From the NCBI GenBank assembly GCA_049515915.1, contig JBEKTP010000001.1:6855-70854 (forward strand): a DNA stretch of 64,000 nucleotides. The letters run 5' to 3'. The notes under the pieces are model-generated. The model did not search any database, had not been told where the DNA came from, and worked only from the letters and a program-made list of their open reading frames with translations. Source of the DNA: Patescibacteria group bacterium. Its GTDB lineage: Bacteria; Patescibacteriota; UBA1384; UBA12157; JAENIV01. Positions 28,502 through 38,857 of the stretch are shown one piece after another. Each line of letters opens with the position of its first letter. Position 1 is the first letter of the stretch. The translations under genes were made by a program, and so were the position numbers.

Positions 28502-30197
28502 TTTTTATATCTACAATCTTCAATTGAGGTTTTGACTCCCCGCCCCAAGTATCCTCATCGATCGTGAAGGCCAAATCTATTACTTGATTTTTTAAGTGAT
28601 CGGAAAAAGCGGCCAGATCAAACGCGATCGCTCTAAGATCTCCGACCTTAAAACTTAAATGCTTATCTTCTCTGCCGACCGTTCTCACATCGGTCGCTTT
28701 AATATTTTCTAAAGTAAAGACGGGTCGCGGATTGCCCAGACCAAACGGTTCGAGCTTTTTCAGAGACTGAAGTAAGCGATTGGTAATTTCTTTCTCCGAA
28801 ATTTTAGCCTCAATTTTTATTTTCGGGACTAAATCCTTATCTTTAAGTTTGACCGCCGCAATTTGAAGCAACTGGTCATAAAGGCTTTCCATTTTCGAAA
28901 GTTCGAAAGTCAGACCGGCCGCTTTGGCGTGACCGCCAAAAGAGGTCAACAATTGATTCGATTCTTCGAGCGCTTCAATAATGTTATAGCCATCAATTGA
29001 TCTGGCCGAACCGCGAAAATCCTTTTCTCTTTTTTCACAAACAATGACCGGGCGGGCATATTCCTCCATCAATTTGCCAGCCACCAGGCCAATAATCCCG
29101 TGCGGCCAATCCCGTCCAGAAACGATAATAACTTTTTTTTGATCCAAGCCATCTTGAATAACTTTCTCTTTGGCTGATTTTAAGACGCGATCCAATTCGC
29201 TTTGACGAAGACGATTAATTTGATCAAGTTTTGCCGCGAGCGCCGTTGCCTCTTTGGGGTCTTTGGAGATTAATAAATAAAAACTTTGATTGGCGTGAGC
29301 CATTCGGCCCGGCGCGTTTAATCTTGGCCCGATTTGAAAACCAACCGTGTAAGTATCGATTTTTTCCGGCTCGATACTCGCGGCTTGATAAAGTTTCAAA
29401 AGTCCGATTCTTTTGGTTTTTCTCAAAACGATTAAACCGAATTTGGCAAAAATCCGATTTTCGTCAACCAGCGGCACGATATCGCAGATGGTTGAAATGG
29501 CGACCAGATCTAAGAGCCATTTTAAATAGGGAATATTAATTTTATTAAATTTCTTTGATAAAGCTTGGGCCAGCTTAAAGGCCACGCCACAGCCAGAAAG
29601 CTCGCAAAAAGGATACTTGTCCCCTTTTTGTTTAGGATTAACGACAATACAATCGGGAATTTTTTCGCCTGGTTCGTGGTGATCCAAAATAATCGTTTCG
29701 ATGCCATTTTCTTTAGCATATCCAACTTGATCGAAACTCCGAATCCCCAGATCAACCGTTACCATTAAAGTGACTTTTGCTTTGGCGAATATGTCAATCC
29801 CCTCTTTGTTTAAGCCGTAACCTTCGCTTCGCGAAGGAATATAAGGCACGACTTTCAGCTCAAGTTTAGAAAAGAGATCATAAAGTAACGCCAACCCCGG
29901 AATACCGTCAGCATCGTAATCGCCGAAAATCCCGACAATTTCCTTTTGCAAGACTGCCTGTTCGATTCTTGCGACCGCTTCTTTCATGCCTTTCATCAAT
30001 AAAGGATCGTGCAAACCTTTTTCAAAATCGGGATTTAAAAAAGAGTCCCAATCCTCCTTTTCGATATGACGATTAATAAGCAGCTGCTCAATAACACTTT
30101 CAGATTTTTTAGGTAAAACAACCCAACGTTTAGTCAAATTTTTCCTCGATGATTTCTTGCCCTGAACCCATTGTGGTTTAGGGTTAGTTCGATTCAA
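28494..30197 (-). CDS. recJ: ssDNA exonuclease RecJ
   Basis: GDYDADG, DHH, GSARS, GGHAKAAG. Confidence 0.96.
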   Translation of the reverse strand: MNRTNPKPQWVQGKKSSRKNLTKRWVVLPKKSESVIEQLLINRHIEKEDWDSFLNPDFEKGLHDPLLMKGMKEAVARIEQAVLQKEIVGIFGDYDADGIPGLALLYDLFSKLELKVVPYIPSRSEGYGLNKEGIDIFAKAKVTLMVTVDLGIRSFDQVGYAKENGIETIILDHHEPGEKIPDCIVVNPKQKGDKYPFCELSGCGVAFKLAQALSKKFNKINIPYLKWLLDLVAISTICDIVPLVDENRIFAKFGLIVLRKTKRIGLLKLYQAASIEPEKIDTYTVGFQIGPRLNAPGRMAHANQSFYLLISKDPKEATALAAKLDQINRLRQSELDRVLKSAKEKVIQDGLDQKKVIIVSGRDWPHGIIGLVAGKLMEEYARPVIVCEKREKDFRGSARSIDGYNIIEALEESNQLLTSFGGHAKAAGLTFELSKMESLYDQLLQIAAVKLKDKDLVPKIKIEAKISEKEITNRLLQSLKKLEPFGLGNPRPVFTLENIKATDVRTVGREDKHLSFKVGDLRAIAFDLAAFSDHLKNQVIDLAFTIDEDTWGGESKPQLKIVDIKNE

Positions 30198-30211
30198 TTA
30201 TATAACAAATA

Positions 30212-32218
30212 CTAATAAAGCAGGACAGCCCCACCGCAATATCTAAAAATGATTAAAACACCGGCGATCAAAAACGGAACAATAAAAGCAGCGTATGTTA
30301 CGTAAAATACATATCTGGACGGTTTTTTAAAGTTTAGCTCAAGCAGCAATAGCGGTCCGGCGAAAAAATAATAAAAGTAAATAAAATATAAATATCTAAA
30401 AAGGGGTGATATCACAAAAATAAACCAAAAAGGCAATTGGGCGAGAATAAAAAAACTTGAACGCGCTGAAAGCGGCACCCACCGATACAAAAGAAAAATG
30501 ATAGTTAAAAATATAACCGGGTAGAGCAAATTAAAAATTGCCGGTCTTATGGGACTGATGAAAGCGATAATTTTTTGTTGGATCGTAAAAAATTTTTTGA
30601 CCGGGTTAAATTTAATATATAATCCAGTACCACCGTTCCAATCCCATAAATAGCTTTGAATGCCGGGATTACTCCAGTAATGGTTGACCCACGTCAACGC
30701 CTCGTTGGGATAGTTAGAATCCAGCATGGTTGTAAAAAGCCGAGTTCTTTCGGCGAGAAAAAGAGGCAGGTTTTGCCAGATTCTTTGATAAAACATTTTA
30801 TTAAATTGGTTAATATCTGATTGGTTTAATTGGAGGTTGAGCGTGCCAGAAAGGGGCGCCCCGTTATTTGGATCGTAATATTCTTCAATATTTTTTAATC
30901 CGATGACCTTATCAACAATGGCGCGATCCCCCGTCGGATTGTCAGAAATATATTTATTGGATAGAATCAGGGCGGCCATCGGATGAAATTTCCAGGCGAG
31001 ATTAGATTCCACTTTTGACCAACGGGGAATATTAAAAACTGCCGGAATAACAAATTTAAAAAATATCAAAAATATTAACGAGACGATGGCAAAAGTTATA
31101 AATGTTTTTTTACTCATCAGGCGACCCCACACAATTACCAATGGCAAAACTAAAAGATAGAGGTAACCGTTGTGACGAATAAGCACCACCAAAATAAAAA
31201 GCAACGATAGGATAAATATTTTTTTAAAACTGAAATTCGTTTTGATGCCTAATTTTTGACGATAACCCAGATAAAAAAGATAAAAACCCCAGAAGACGAC
31301 TAAAAGACTGAAGGGAATGTCTTTCCAGATTGTGATGTTTAGCAAGCCGATGGGGATCGAGAAAATAAAAAGTAAGTAAAATGGCAAAATAAGATAAAAT
31401 TTAATCCCGTTTTTGTAGACGAAATAGAATATATAGCTTGCGAGAGCCGAAGTGGCTAAAATTTGAAAAACAGAAACCGCCGCGAAGGAATCATGAAACT
31501 GCATCAAGGCCATCAGATACAACGTGCTCAAATACGGAAAGGCGTTCGTGATCTCGAAAGTTTTTGTTTGGATTAATTGATTAAAGGAATCGCTGGTGGC
31601 TGCGCCGGGCCATTGCCCGAGTAACCAAAATGAAAAAACTGCGCAAGCAATAAAAAACATTGCCCAAAAAACCCAACGCTGATTTTCAAAAAAAATATAT
31701 TTAATAAAATTTTTCCAATTCAAGCCAAGTCGAGATTTAAAGACAAGAAGTTCGTAAGCTGGCCATCCTATAAGGATGGCCAGCATTATCTGAACTAATA
31801 ATAAAAGAATTCTCGGACTTTCTAATTTTCGCGGATCAATTTGAGCGGAGGCGACATTAGATTTAATTTCGAACGGAATTGAGGTTCCCGACTTCAAAAT
31901 GACTATTTTCCCAGATTCAAGATTAACTTTTTGACCATTACTGATAACCTTAACGCTTTTTAAGGGAAGTTGAGGCAATAAAAAATCTACATCGAGAGTA
32001 CTTTCTTTAATCGAAATAGATCTTTTTTCAATTTCGTTGTATCCCCTCCCGGCATCCCAACTAATTTGAAACGTAGTTCCCGCCGGAAAATTACCGTCAA
32101 GATTTATATAAGAGGGCCCAAAGTAATGGTTTCTTAAAAAGAAAAATAAAAAGAAGCCGACGAAAAACACAAAAGCAATTAATAAGTTTTTCTTTGAACT
32201 TCTAAAAAATGACTTCAT
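30212..32218 (-). CDS. Multi-TM GT-C-like membrane protein (DUF6020-like)
   Basis: DS..Q, WKDIPF, RHNG, RY motifs; AT-rich. Confidence 0.6.
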   Translation of the reverse strand: MKSFFRSSKKNLLIAFVFFVGFFLFFFLRNHYFGPSYINLDGNFPAGTTFQISWDAGRGYNEIEKRSISIKESTLDVDFLLPQLPLKSVKVISNGQKVNLESGKIVILKSGTSIPFEIKSNVASAQIDPRKLESPRILLLLVQIMLAILIGWPAYELLVFKSRLGLNWKNFIKYIFFENQRWVFWAMFFIACAVFSFWLLGQWPGAATSDSFNQLIQTKTFEITNAFPYLSTLYLMALMQFHDSFAAVSVFQILATSALASYIFYFVYKNGIKFYLILPFYLLFIFSIPIGLLNITIWKDIPFSLLVVFWGFYLFYLGYRQKLGIKTNFSFKKIFILSLLFILVVLIRHNGYLYLLVLPLVIVWGRLMSKKTFITFAIVSLIFLIFFKFVIPAVFNIPRWSKVESNLAWKFHPMAALILSNKYISDNPTGDRAIVDKVIGLKNIEEYYDPNNGAPLSGTLNLQLNQSDINQFNKMFYQRIWQNLPLFLAERTRLFTTMLDSNYPNEALTWVNHYWSNPGIQSYLWDWNGGTGLYIKFNPVKKFFTIQQKIIAFISPIRPAIFNLLYPVIFLTIIFLLYRWVPLSARSSFFILAQLPFWFIFVISPLFRYLYFIYFYYFFAGPLLLLELNFKKPSRYVFYVTYAAFIVPFLIAGVLIIFRYCGGAVLLY

Positions 32219-32250
32219 CTTACATTAAGCGTATCAAAAAATCACTTTCC

Positions 32251-33015
32251 TTATTTATAAAAAACTTTGCCGGCGACGCGGAGATCAATATATTGAGTCG
32301 CCTCGTTGGCATGATCTTTTAAAAATGCCGTCAGTTCAGACATTTGGTCATCAACGGATCGAGTGATGTCAAACTTAATTAAGATGCCGCTTTTTAAGGC
32401 CGCGTCGACTTGGAAAGTTGTTTCGTTAATTTCAAAATGATCAACCGGCAGGCCATTTGCGTCGAGCTTCGATTTTACTGAGGAAACAAATTTAATAAAG
32501 TTATCGGTGACGACTTGCTGTTCCGATTTAACCAGTAAACTTTTATTATCTTTGACGACAATTAAACCGCCCGGGTCTGACACTTCAATATAGGCCGTGC
32601 CCAAAGCATCAACTAAATAAAATTGCGCGCCAGTTTGCCAGACTAAGACCGGTGAACGCTGACTGAAGGTTACTTTAATCGCATCAGGGATGCCTCTGGC
32701 GACATTAATACTGACCAGTTCCGGATATTTTGCCAATAAATTATCGCGAATGGCGTTTGGCTGAAAAGTAAAAATATTCTGACCTTTATACTGGGCCAAA
32801 TACTGAGTCACTTGCGGCGGCATATTTTGATCAACAATGATATTTTTAATTTGAAAATAGGGGGACTGAAATATGAAATAATAAATTCCACCTAATAAAA
32901 TCAATATCAGAATTGGTTTGTAAAGTTTAACCCGACGCTTTTTTTTCGGCGGCTCGAAGGGAAGATTGAAAACTTTCGGGTTCCGATACGCATTTTGATT
33001 AGGAGTTCGATTCAA
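32251..33015 (-). CDS. ftsQ: Cell division protein FtsQ/DivIB
   Basis: TM helix, POTRA, C-terminal YIDLR; dcw position. Confidence 0.85.
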   Translation of the reverse strand: MNRTPNQNAYRNPKVFNLPFEPPKKKRRVKLYKPILILILLGGIYYFIFQSPYFQIKNIIVDQNMPPQVTQYLAQYKGQNIFTFQPNAIRDNLLAKYPELVSINVARGIPDAIKVTFSQRSPVLVWQTGAQFYLVDALGTAYIEVSDPGGLIVVKDNKSLLVKSEQQVVTDNFIKFVSSVKSKLDANGLPVDHFEINETTFQVDAALKSGILIKFDITRSVDDQMSELTAFLKDHANEATQYIDLRVAGKVFYK

Positions 33016-33045
33016 ACCTCTCCTTGCTGAAAAAAATTTACTTTA

Positions 33046-34023
33046 CTACCATTGACCGATATATTCGATTTCTTCTTCTAAAGTGATGCCGTATTTTTGG
33101 CGGACGCGTTCGCGCATTTCTTCAATGAGTGAACGAATTTCGGTCGCTTTGGCCCCATTTTTACTTAACACCCAATTGGCATGTTTGGGGGAAACTTCAA
33201 CGGTCGAATATTTCAGTCGTTTAGCGTCCGCTTGATCAAGCATAAACCCGGCCGTTCTTTCCGGAGGAAGCTCCGGCATGCCTTTGGTGCCCGATCCGAT
33301 GACGTTAATTAAAGAGTCAGGAATGGGATTTTTAAAGATACTGCCCGTCGTCAAACCGACGGGTTGGGTGCGGCGACGATATTCTTGATATTCTTTCAGA
33401 TGTCTCATTAGCTTTTCTTTTTGAATCCGAGAAAACTGAAATCTGACCGTTAAAATAACCGGTTTCGTTTTCGATTTGAGGTTTTTTAATTTCGTTTGAC
33501 GATAGCCAAAATTCATCCAGGCCCCATCGACTTGAACGACTTTAGGCAAATTATCTTTGGGGTCAATTTTTAAAAGAGTTAGGCTTTTGACATAACTCCC
33601 GATGGCCGAACCGTGCGCCCCCGCATTGCCGTAAACCGCCCCGCCCACTGTCCCGGGCACGCCGTATAAAAATTCTAATCCCGAAAGATCATGCGAAACT
33701 GATTCCATAATAAGTTTCGTTAAGATGACGCCACTATCGGCAATGACTTGGCTTTTTTCGATCATGAAAGCCACCCGAGCCGCCATGTTTTTAATCACTA
33801 AACCAGGAAAACCATAATCGGAAAAAAGAATATTCGAACCATTACCAAGAATAAAATAAGACAACTTTTGGTTGACGGCCACCTTGACGGCTTTAATTAA
33901 ATCTTCAACCGATTTAGCTTCATAAAAATAGTCAGCGACGCCGCCCACTTTAAAAGTGTTAAAATCTCTCATCACGACTTGTTCTTTCGCCCCCGGCAAA
34001 AGATCGGTAATTTTCTTAGCCAT
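33046..34023 (-). CDS. murB: UDP-N-acetylenolpyruvoylglucosamine reductase
   Basis: GNGSN, PGTVGGAV.GNAGA, GSIFKNP, HAN. Confidence 0.95.
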   Translation of the reverse strand: MAKKITDLLPGAKEQVVMRDFNTFKVGGVADYFYEAKSVEDLIKAVKVAVNQKLSYFILGNGSNILFSDYGFPGLVIKNMAARVAFMIEKSQVIADSGVILTKLIMESVSHDLSGLEFLYGVPGTVGGAVYGNAGAHGSAIGSYVKSLTLLKIDPKDNLPKVVQVDGAWMNFGYRQTKLKNLKSKTKPVILTVRFQFSRIQKEKLMRHLKEYQEYRRRTQPVGLTTGSIFKNPIPDSLINVIGSGTKGMPELPPERTAGFMLDQADAKRLKYSTVEVSPKHANWVLSKNGAKATEIRSLIEEMRERVRQKYGITLEEEIEYIGQW

Positions 34024-35416
34024 TTTTAAGCACCTCATAGATTCGATCTTGCAGTTTATAGATATCCCCCGCGCCCATCGTCACAATCACGGTTGGCTTC
34101 TTGATATTGTCATTGATTTCCTCGGCAATTTTCTCCCAATCATCAATGAATTTAACATTATGTTGATGCTTGCGTACTTCCAAAGCTAATTCCTGTCCGG
34201 TGATTGTCTGATCTTGCTCGCGCGCCGAGGCGTAAATATCGGTGACGATGACTTTATCAGCTAAATCAAAGGCTTGAGCAAACTCCCGCAGCAGCCCCCG
34301 CGTGCGTGAATAAGTATGGGGCTGAAAAATACACCATATTTTTGCTTTCGGATTCTTTTTTTTAATCGCCTCAAGCGTCAAAGAAATAGCGCGGGGATGA
34401 TGAGCATAATCATCCATTAAGACCACTTCATCAAATTTTCGAATAATTTCAAAGCGTCTTTTTATGCCGCTGAATTCGGCCAGACTTTTTTTAATCAAAG
34501 TTTCTGAAATTCCTAACTTCAAAGCCAAGACGGCCGCCGCGGCGGCGTTGAGGACATTACCTTTGCCGGGCATTTTAAGACTAAAAGGGCCGAAGATTTT
34601 TTCATCGTGTTGGATATTAAAAGAGGTCTTTTCTTCATTTTCAACTAAATCAACCACCTGCCATTTGGCCTCTGGTAAAAAACCGTATGTTTCAAAAACC
34701 CGATCGGCAATGGTATTAGCCAACTTTCTGGCTTTAGCATAATCAGCGCAAAGAACGATGAAACCATTTCTCGGGAGAAGGCAAGCAAAATCATAGAAAG
34801 CCTTAAAAACTTCTTCCTCCGTCGCAAACATATCAGGATGATCTAGCTCAATACTGGTGATAACTTCGATTGCCGGCGAAAGATCTAAAAATTTTGGCGT
34901 CGGATCATCTTGGCTTTTTTTATATTCATCCGCTTCTAAGACAAAATATTCTCCTTGTCCGTGATGCGCGCTGCCTCCTAAGGAAGCGACAATGCCGGCA
35001 CCAATCAAATAACTCGGATCTAAATTAGCGCGTGAAAGAATAAAACTGACCATCGCCGTGGTCGTTGTTTTTCCATGGATGCCACCGACGGCGATCACTT
35101 TTGAACTTTTCGAAAAATGAGCTACCGCTTCGGAATAGGAAATTATTTCAAGATGCTGCCGATGAGCTTCTTTGACTTCGATATTATTTTTATCGTAGGC
35201 GGCGGAGACAACCACTAAATCTGGTTTGGTTTTGAGATTTGCGACGTCAAATTCAAAAACGGGAATTTGAGCTTTTTGTAATTCCTCATCGGTCACAAAA
35301 GTGTTCGCTTCATCGGAACCGGTCACGGTCGACCCCATTTCCTGAGCCAAGATGGCCAGGGCGGCCATGCCCACCCCTTTAATGCCGATAAAATGAATTG
35401 TTTGAAAATTTGTCAT
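34016..35416 (-). CDS. murC: UDP-N-acetylmuramate--L-alanine ligase
   Basis: GIKGVGM, HGKTTT, EADE, DDYAHHP, FQPH. Confidence 0.96.
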   Translation of the reverse strand: MTNFQTIHFIGIKGVGMAALAILAQEMGSTVTGSDEANTFVTDEELQKAQIPVFEFDVANLKTKPDLVVVSAAYDKNNIEVKEAHRQHLEIISYSEAVAHFSKSSKVIAVGGIHGKTTTTAMVSFILSRANLDPSYLIGAGIVASLGGSAHHGQGEYFVLEADEYKKSQDDPTPKFLDLSPAIEVITSIELDHPDMFATEEEVFKAFYDFACLLPRNGFIVLCADYAKARKLANTIADRVFETYGFLPEAKWQVVDLVENEEKTSFNIQHDEKIFGPFSLKMPGKGNVLNAAAAAVLALKLGISETLIKKSLAEFSGIKRRFEIIRKFDEVVLMDDYAHHPRAISLTLEAIKKKNPKAKIWCIFQPHTYSRTRGLLREFAQAFDLADKVIVTDIYASAREQDQTITGQELALEVRKHQHNVKFIDDWEKIAEEINDNIKKPTVIVTMGAGDIYKLQDRIYEVLKNG

Positions 35417-35449
35417 TTAAAAATTTGTTATTTTAAAATTTGTCATTTA
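35405..35449 (-). repeat. Three 15-bp tandem units duplicating the murC start
   Basis: TAAATGACAAATTTT / AAAATAACAAATTTT / TAAATGACAAATTTT. Confidence 0.7.
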
Positions 35450-35479
35450 ATCTTCTCACATTTTAACCTAAATTGACCG

Positions 35480-36691
35480 TTAAATCCAGCCTTTCAGCCA
35501 AATCCGGTGATAAAAAGCCGGCGAGCTGATGGGCCAGCCGATCCAGATCGGGAGAAAATAAACGTATAAAATAATCAAAATTGAAAAATATAAGCCGACC
35601 AGCCATTGACCACCTTCGATTTTCGTTAATTTGTCAAGATAATAGGCAATGCCCAAACTTAAAAAAAGAAATGACGGAATGGCATGGTAGATGAATAAAA
35701 CTCTTTTCACCAAAGCCCAGGGCAACCAAAAGATCAAAAAGGCAGCGAGAATGACTAAACTGGTCTTATCTTTGTTCCTAATCCCGTCGTAAATCATTAA
35801 AGGCACAATAATCAAAGCCGACCACCAACTCAAAGGATTACCCATCCCCACCACCCCCACATATTTACCATTGACTGATTGAAAATACAACCAAATCGGA
35901 CGGAGCATCAAAAACCATGTCCACCATTTCGAACCGTAAGGATGAGTGGCGGTCAAATGAAAATTATAGCCGAGACTTTGTAAATGCCATTGATAGACCT
36001 GTTGGAAAAAATCTCGACCATGAAAATTAAACAAGAAAAAGCTCAAGTAAATAGCGCCCGGTAGAAGAATTAAAGCCAAAAAATAATCATAAATAAATTT
36101 TTTGAAAGGAATTTTTTTAATCAGACCAACTAAGATAAAAATAAAAAACAGAGAAAAGCCATTATATTTGACCGAAGCGGCCAGACCCATGAGCGCCCCG
36201 GCCAAAACCAGATTATAAAATTTTAGATTTTTCGTAAATTTTAAAAAGGCCAAAAAGGAAGCGACAATGAAAAAGGATAAGAAAATATCCATCAGCCCCA
36301 GCCGCGAATAGACGGTCAGCATGCCGTCAAAAGTGATGACCGCGGCGGCAAAGATGCCCGCCAATTTTCCGCCTAATTCTTTGCCGGCAAGATACATGAG
36401 CGGTATTAAAAGAGTGCCAAAAACGACCGACATCATCCGCCAGCCAAACGGTGAGTCGCCAAAAACTTTAATGCCCGAGGCAATGATGAGTTTTCCTAAA
36501 GGCGGATGAATATCAAAAAAAGTGACTCCGTGCAAATAATCCTTGGCAAAGTTAACAAAATAAACCTCATCAAAAATCAAGCTTTTAATTTGACCAAGAT
36601 GATAGATCCGAACTAAAAATCCAATCAAAGTGAGTAAGCCAACAAGAATCCAAGGACGTTGAAAAATATTTTGACAAAATCTATTTTTCAT
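35480..36691 (-). CDS. Protein O-mannosyltransferase-like GT-C (PMT)
   Basis: FDEVYF, DIHPPLGK, HPYGS.WWTW, GNP. Confidence 0.9.
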   Translation of the reverse strand: MKNRFCQNIFQRPWILVGLLTLIGFLVRIYHLGQIKSLIFDEVYFVNFAKDYLHGVTFFDIHPPLGKLIIASGIKVFGDSPFGWRMMSVVFGTLLIPLMYLAGKELGGKLAGIFAAAVITFDGMLTVYSRLGLMDIFLSFFIVASFLAFLKFTKNLKFYNLVLAGALMGLAASVKYNGFSLFFIFILVGLIKKIPFKKFIYDYFLALILLPGAIYLSFFLFNFHGRDFFQQVYQWHLQSLGYNFHLTATHPYGSKWWTWFLMLRPIWLYFQSVNGKYVGVVGMGNPLSWWSALIIVPLMIYDGIRNKDKTSLVILAAFLIFWLPWALVKRVLFIYHAIPSFLFLSLGIAYYLDKLTKIEGGQWLVGLYFSILIILYVYFLPIWIGWPISSPAFYHRIWLKGWI

Positions 36692-37739
36692 AAGTCGCCT
36701 CAAAAATCGCATCGACAATTTCCGCCACGGCTTGCGGTCTGGCCAAAGCCGCCGCGTGATGACCCAAAAGATCTCGGAGTGAATCGTCGGCCATCAAATC
36801 ATTAATAATGCTTTCAAGCGAACTAGCCGTCAGACCGGCTTCGGAACAGACGATGGCCGCGTTTAAATCGGTATAAACTTTGGCGTTTTTAGTCTGATGG
36901 TTGTTAGCCGATTCGGGCAAGGGAATAATGATGGCGGCTTTTTTCGCCGCGGAAATTTCGGCCAAGGTGCTAGCTCCCGCTCGGGTGACCACCAAATCCG
37001 CGTCGCGGACTAACTTCGACATTTCATAAGAAAAATCAAAAAGATGATAGCTCGGATGCTTAAACTGTGACAATTCTTCATAATCCCCTTCGCCGGAAAG
37101 ATGCCAAACTTCATATTTTTCAATCAATTTCGGCAGGATTTCAGAAATCACTTTATTAATTCGCCTCGAACCTTGCGAGCCGCCGGTGATTAATAACTTT
37201 TTGGTTTCTCCGGTTTTAACCGGCGTTTGATAAAAGTCAGTCTTAATCGGGATACCGGTATAGATTAATCTCTCCAACGGCACCGTTAAATTGGCGTAGT
37301 ATTTGACCGGAAAACCTAAGCAGATTTTTTTCGCTCGCGGCGCCGCCCATAAATTAGCTTGTCCCATGACCGAATCTGATTCGTGAATCACTAAAGGCAC
37401 TTTAAAAAATTTCGCCCAGAAAATGACCGGCACGGTGACATAGCCGCCTTTGGCAAAAATGACCGCCGGTCGAAAAAAAAGGAATAAGAAATATGATTGT
37501 AAAATGCCTAAACCGGTTTTAAAAACATCAAAAATATTGAGGATTGACGAATAGGCTCTTTTTTTGCCCGCGATAATTCGCTTAAAGGTAATCCCCGATT
37601 TTTGCGATAATTCCTTTTCGATTTTAGCCGAACCAACGTATAAAACCTGGTTGCGCTTATTTTTAGAGAGGGCTTCCGCCACCAGAATGACCGGCCAAGC
37701 ATGGCCGGCCGTGCCGCCGCCACAAAGTAAGATTTTCAT
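36681..37739 (-). CDS. murG: MurG glycosyltransferase
   Basis: GGGTAGH, GGY, HES, GGSQG, RAGAST, HQ.KNA. Confidence 0.95.
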   Translation of the reverse strand: MKILLCGGGTAGHAWPVILVAEALSKNKRNQVLYVGSAKIEKELSQKSGITFKRIIAGKKRAYSSILNIFDVFKTGLGILQSYFLFLFFRPAVIFAKGGYVTVPVIFWAKFFKVPLVIHESDSVMGQANLWAAPRAKKICLGFPVKYYANLTVPLERLIYTGIPIKTDFYQTPVKTGETKKLLITGGSQGSRRINKVISEILPKLIEKYEVWHLSGEGDYEELSQFKHPSYHLFDFSYEMSKLVRDADLVVTRAGASTLAEISAAKKAAIIIPLPESANNHQTKNAKVYTDLNAAIVCSEAGLTASSLESIINDLMADDSLRDLLGHHAAALARPQAVAEIVDAIFEATYEK

Positions 37740-38857
37740 ATGGTCTTCTCCATATTCCGGGAAAATTTCGAAATATTTAGCAAAATGCCAATGCCAAAAA
37801 GTGAAAACATCAGTGATGACCCGCCAAAACTAATAAATGGTAACGGGATGCCGGTCATCGGCATGACCGAAAGCATGGACCCGATATTGATAAAGGCCTG
37901 AATGACAATCCAGGTTGTAATGCCCACCGCTAAAAATTTAGCGAAATTATCGGGCGCATTTTTAGCGATCCTAAAGCCGCGTAAGGCAAAAAAGACATAA
38001 GCCCCGATGACTAAAATTGTCCGAACAAAACCGAGCTCTTCACCAATAATCGCAAAAATTGAATCCGTGTGCGCCTGAGGTAAATAAAAATATTTTTGTT
38101 TACTTTGGCCAAAGCCCAAGCCCCAAAGGCCGCCCGAGCCAATGCCCAACAAGGCCTGGTTGATGTGATAAGCCGCTCCTTGAGTTTGGCTGCCAGGATT
38201 TAAAAAAACGGTAAACCTTGACATGCGGTAGGGCGCCGCTTTAATTAAGGCCGCCACCAAAACGACGGCCGAAGCTAAAGCTAAACCTAAATGAGAATAC
38301 CTCGCGCCGGCAATATAAAAGACGACCACGGAAGTGATGACAATGACCATCAATGTTCCCATATCCGGCTCGATAATAATTAAAAACCCTAACACCGCAA
38401 CCAAAAAGAGAAATGGGATAAAGCCAGTCATGAAATTTTTAACGCCTTCGCCTTTTTTCTCCAGCCAAAAGGCCAGATAAATAAGGAAGGTTAACTTCAC
38501 AATTTCGGAAGGTTGAATAATATGACTACCCAGGCCAATCCAACGATGAGCGCCGCCGTAGGCTTTGCCGATACCGGGGAAAAAGACGGCAATCAGTAAA
38601 AGAAGGCTCCCCAAAAATAACGGCAGGGCAATTTTTTTCCAAAAACGATAATCGACTAAATAAGCAATAATCATTAAAACTAGCCCCACGACCAGCGAGA
38701 TAATTTGATGATAAGCGTAATAGTAACTGTTGTTGAAATATTCCTGGGAAGTCACCGCCGAAGCCGAAAATATCATCACAATACCAAATAAACATAACAA
38801 AAAAACGGTCAGGGCTAAAACATAATCTGGTTTACCACCCTCGTGCCTTCGCATCAT
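37736..38857 (-). CDS. ftsW: SEDS polymerase FtsW
   Basis: GAHRWI, QPSE..K, PDMG, HTDSIF. Confidence 0.95.
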   Translation of the reverse strand: MMRRHEGGKPDYVLALTVFLLCLFGIVMIFSASAVTSQEYFNNSYYYAYHQIISLVVGLVLMIIAYLVDYRFWKKIALPLFLGSLLLLIAVFFPGIGKAYGGAHRWIGLGSHIIQPSEIVKLTFLIYLAFWLEKKGEGVKNFMTGFIPFLFLVAVLGFLIIIEPDMGTLMVIVITSVVVFYIAGARYSHLGLALASAVVLVAALIKAAPYRMSRFTVFLNPGSQTQGAAYHINQALLGIGSGGLWGLGFGQSKQKYFYLPQAHTDSIFAIIGEELGFVRTILVIGAYVFFALRGFRIAKNAPDNFAKFLAVGITTWIVIQAFINIGSMLSVMPMTGIPLPFISFGGSSLMFSLFGIGILLNISKFSRNMEKTI

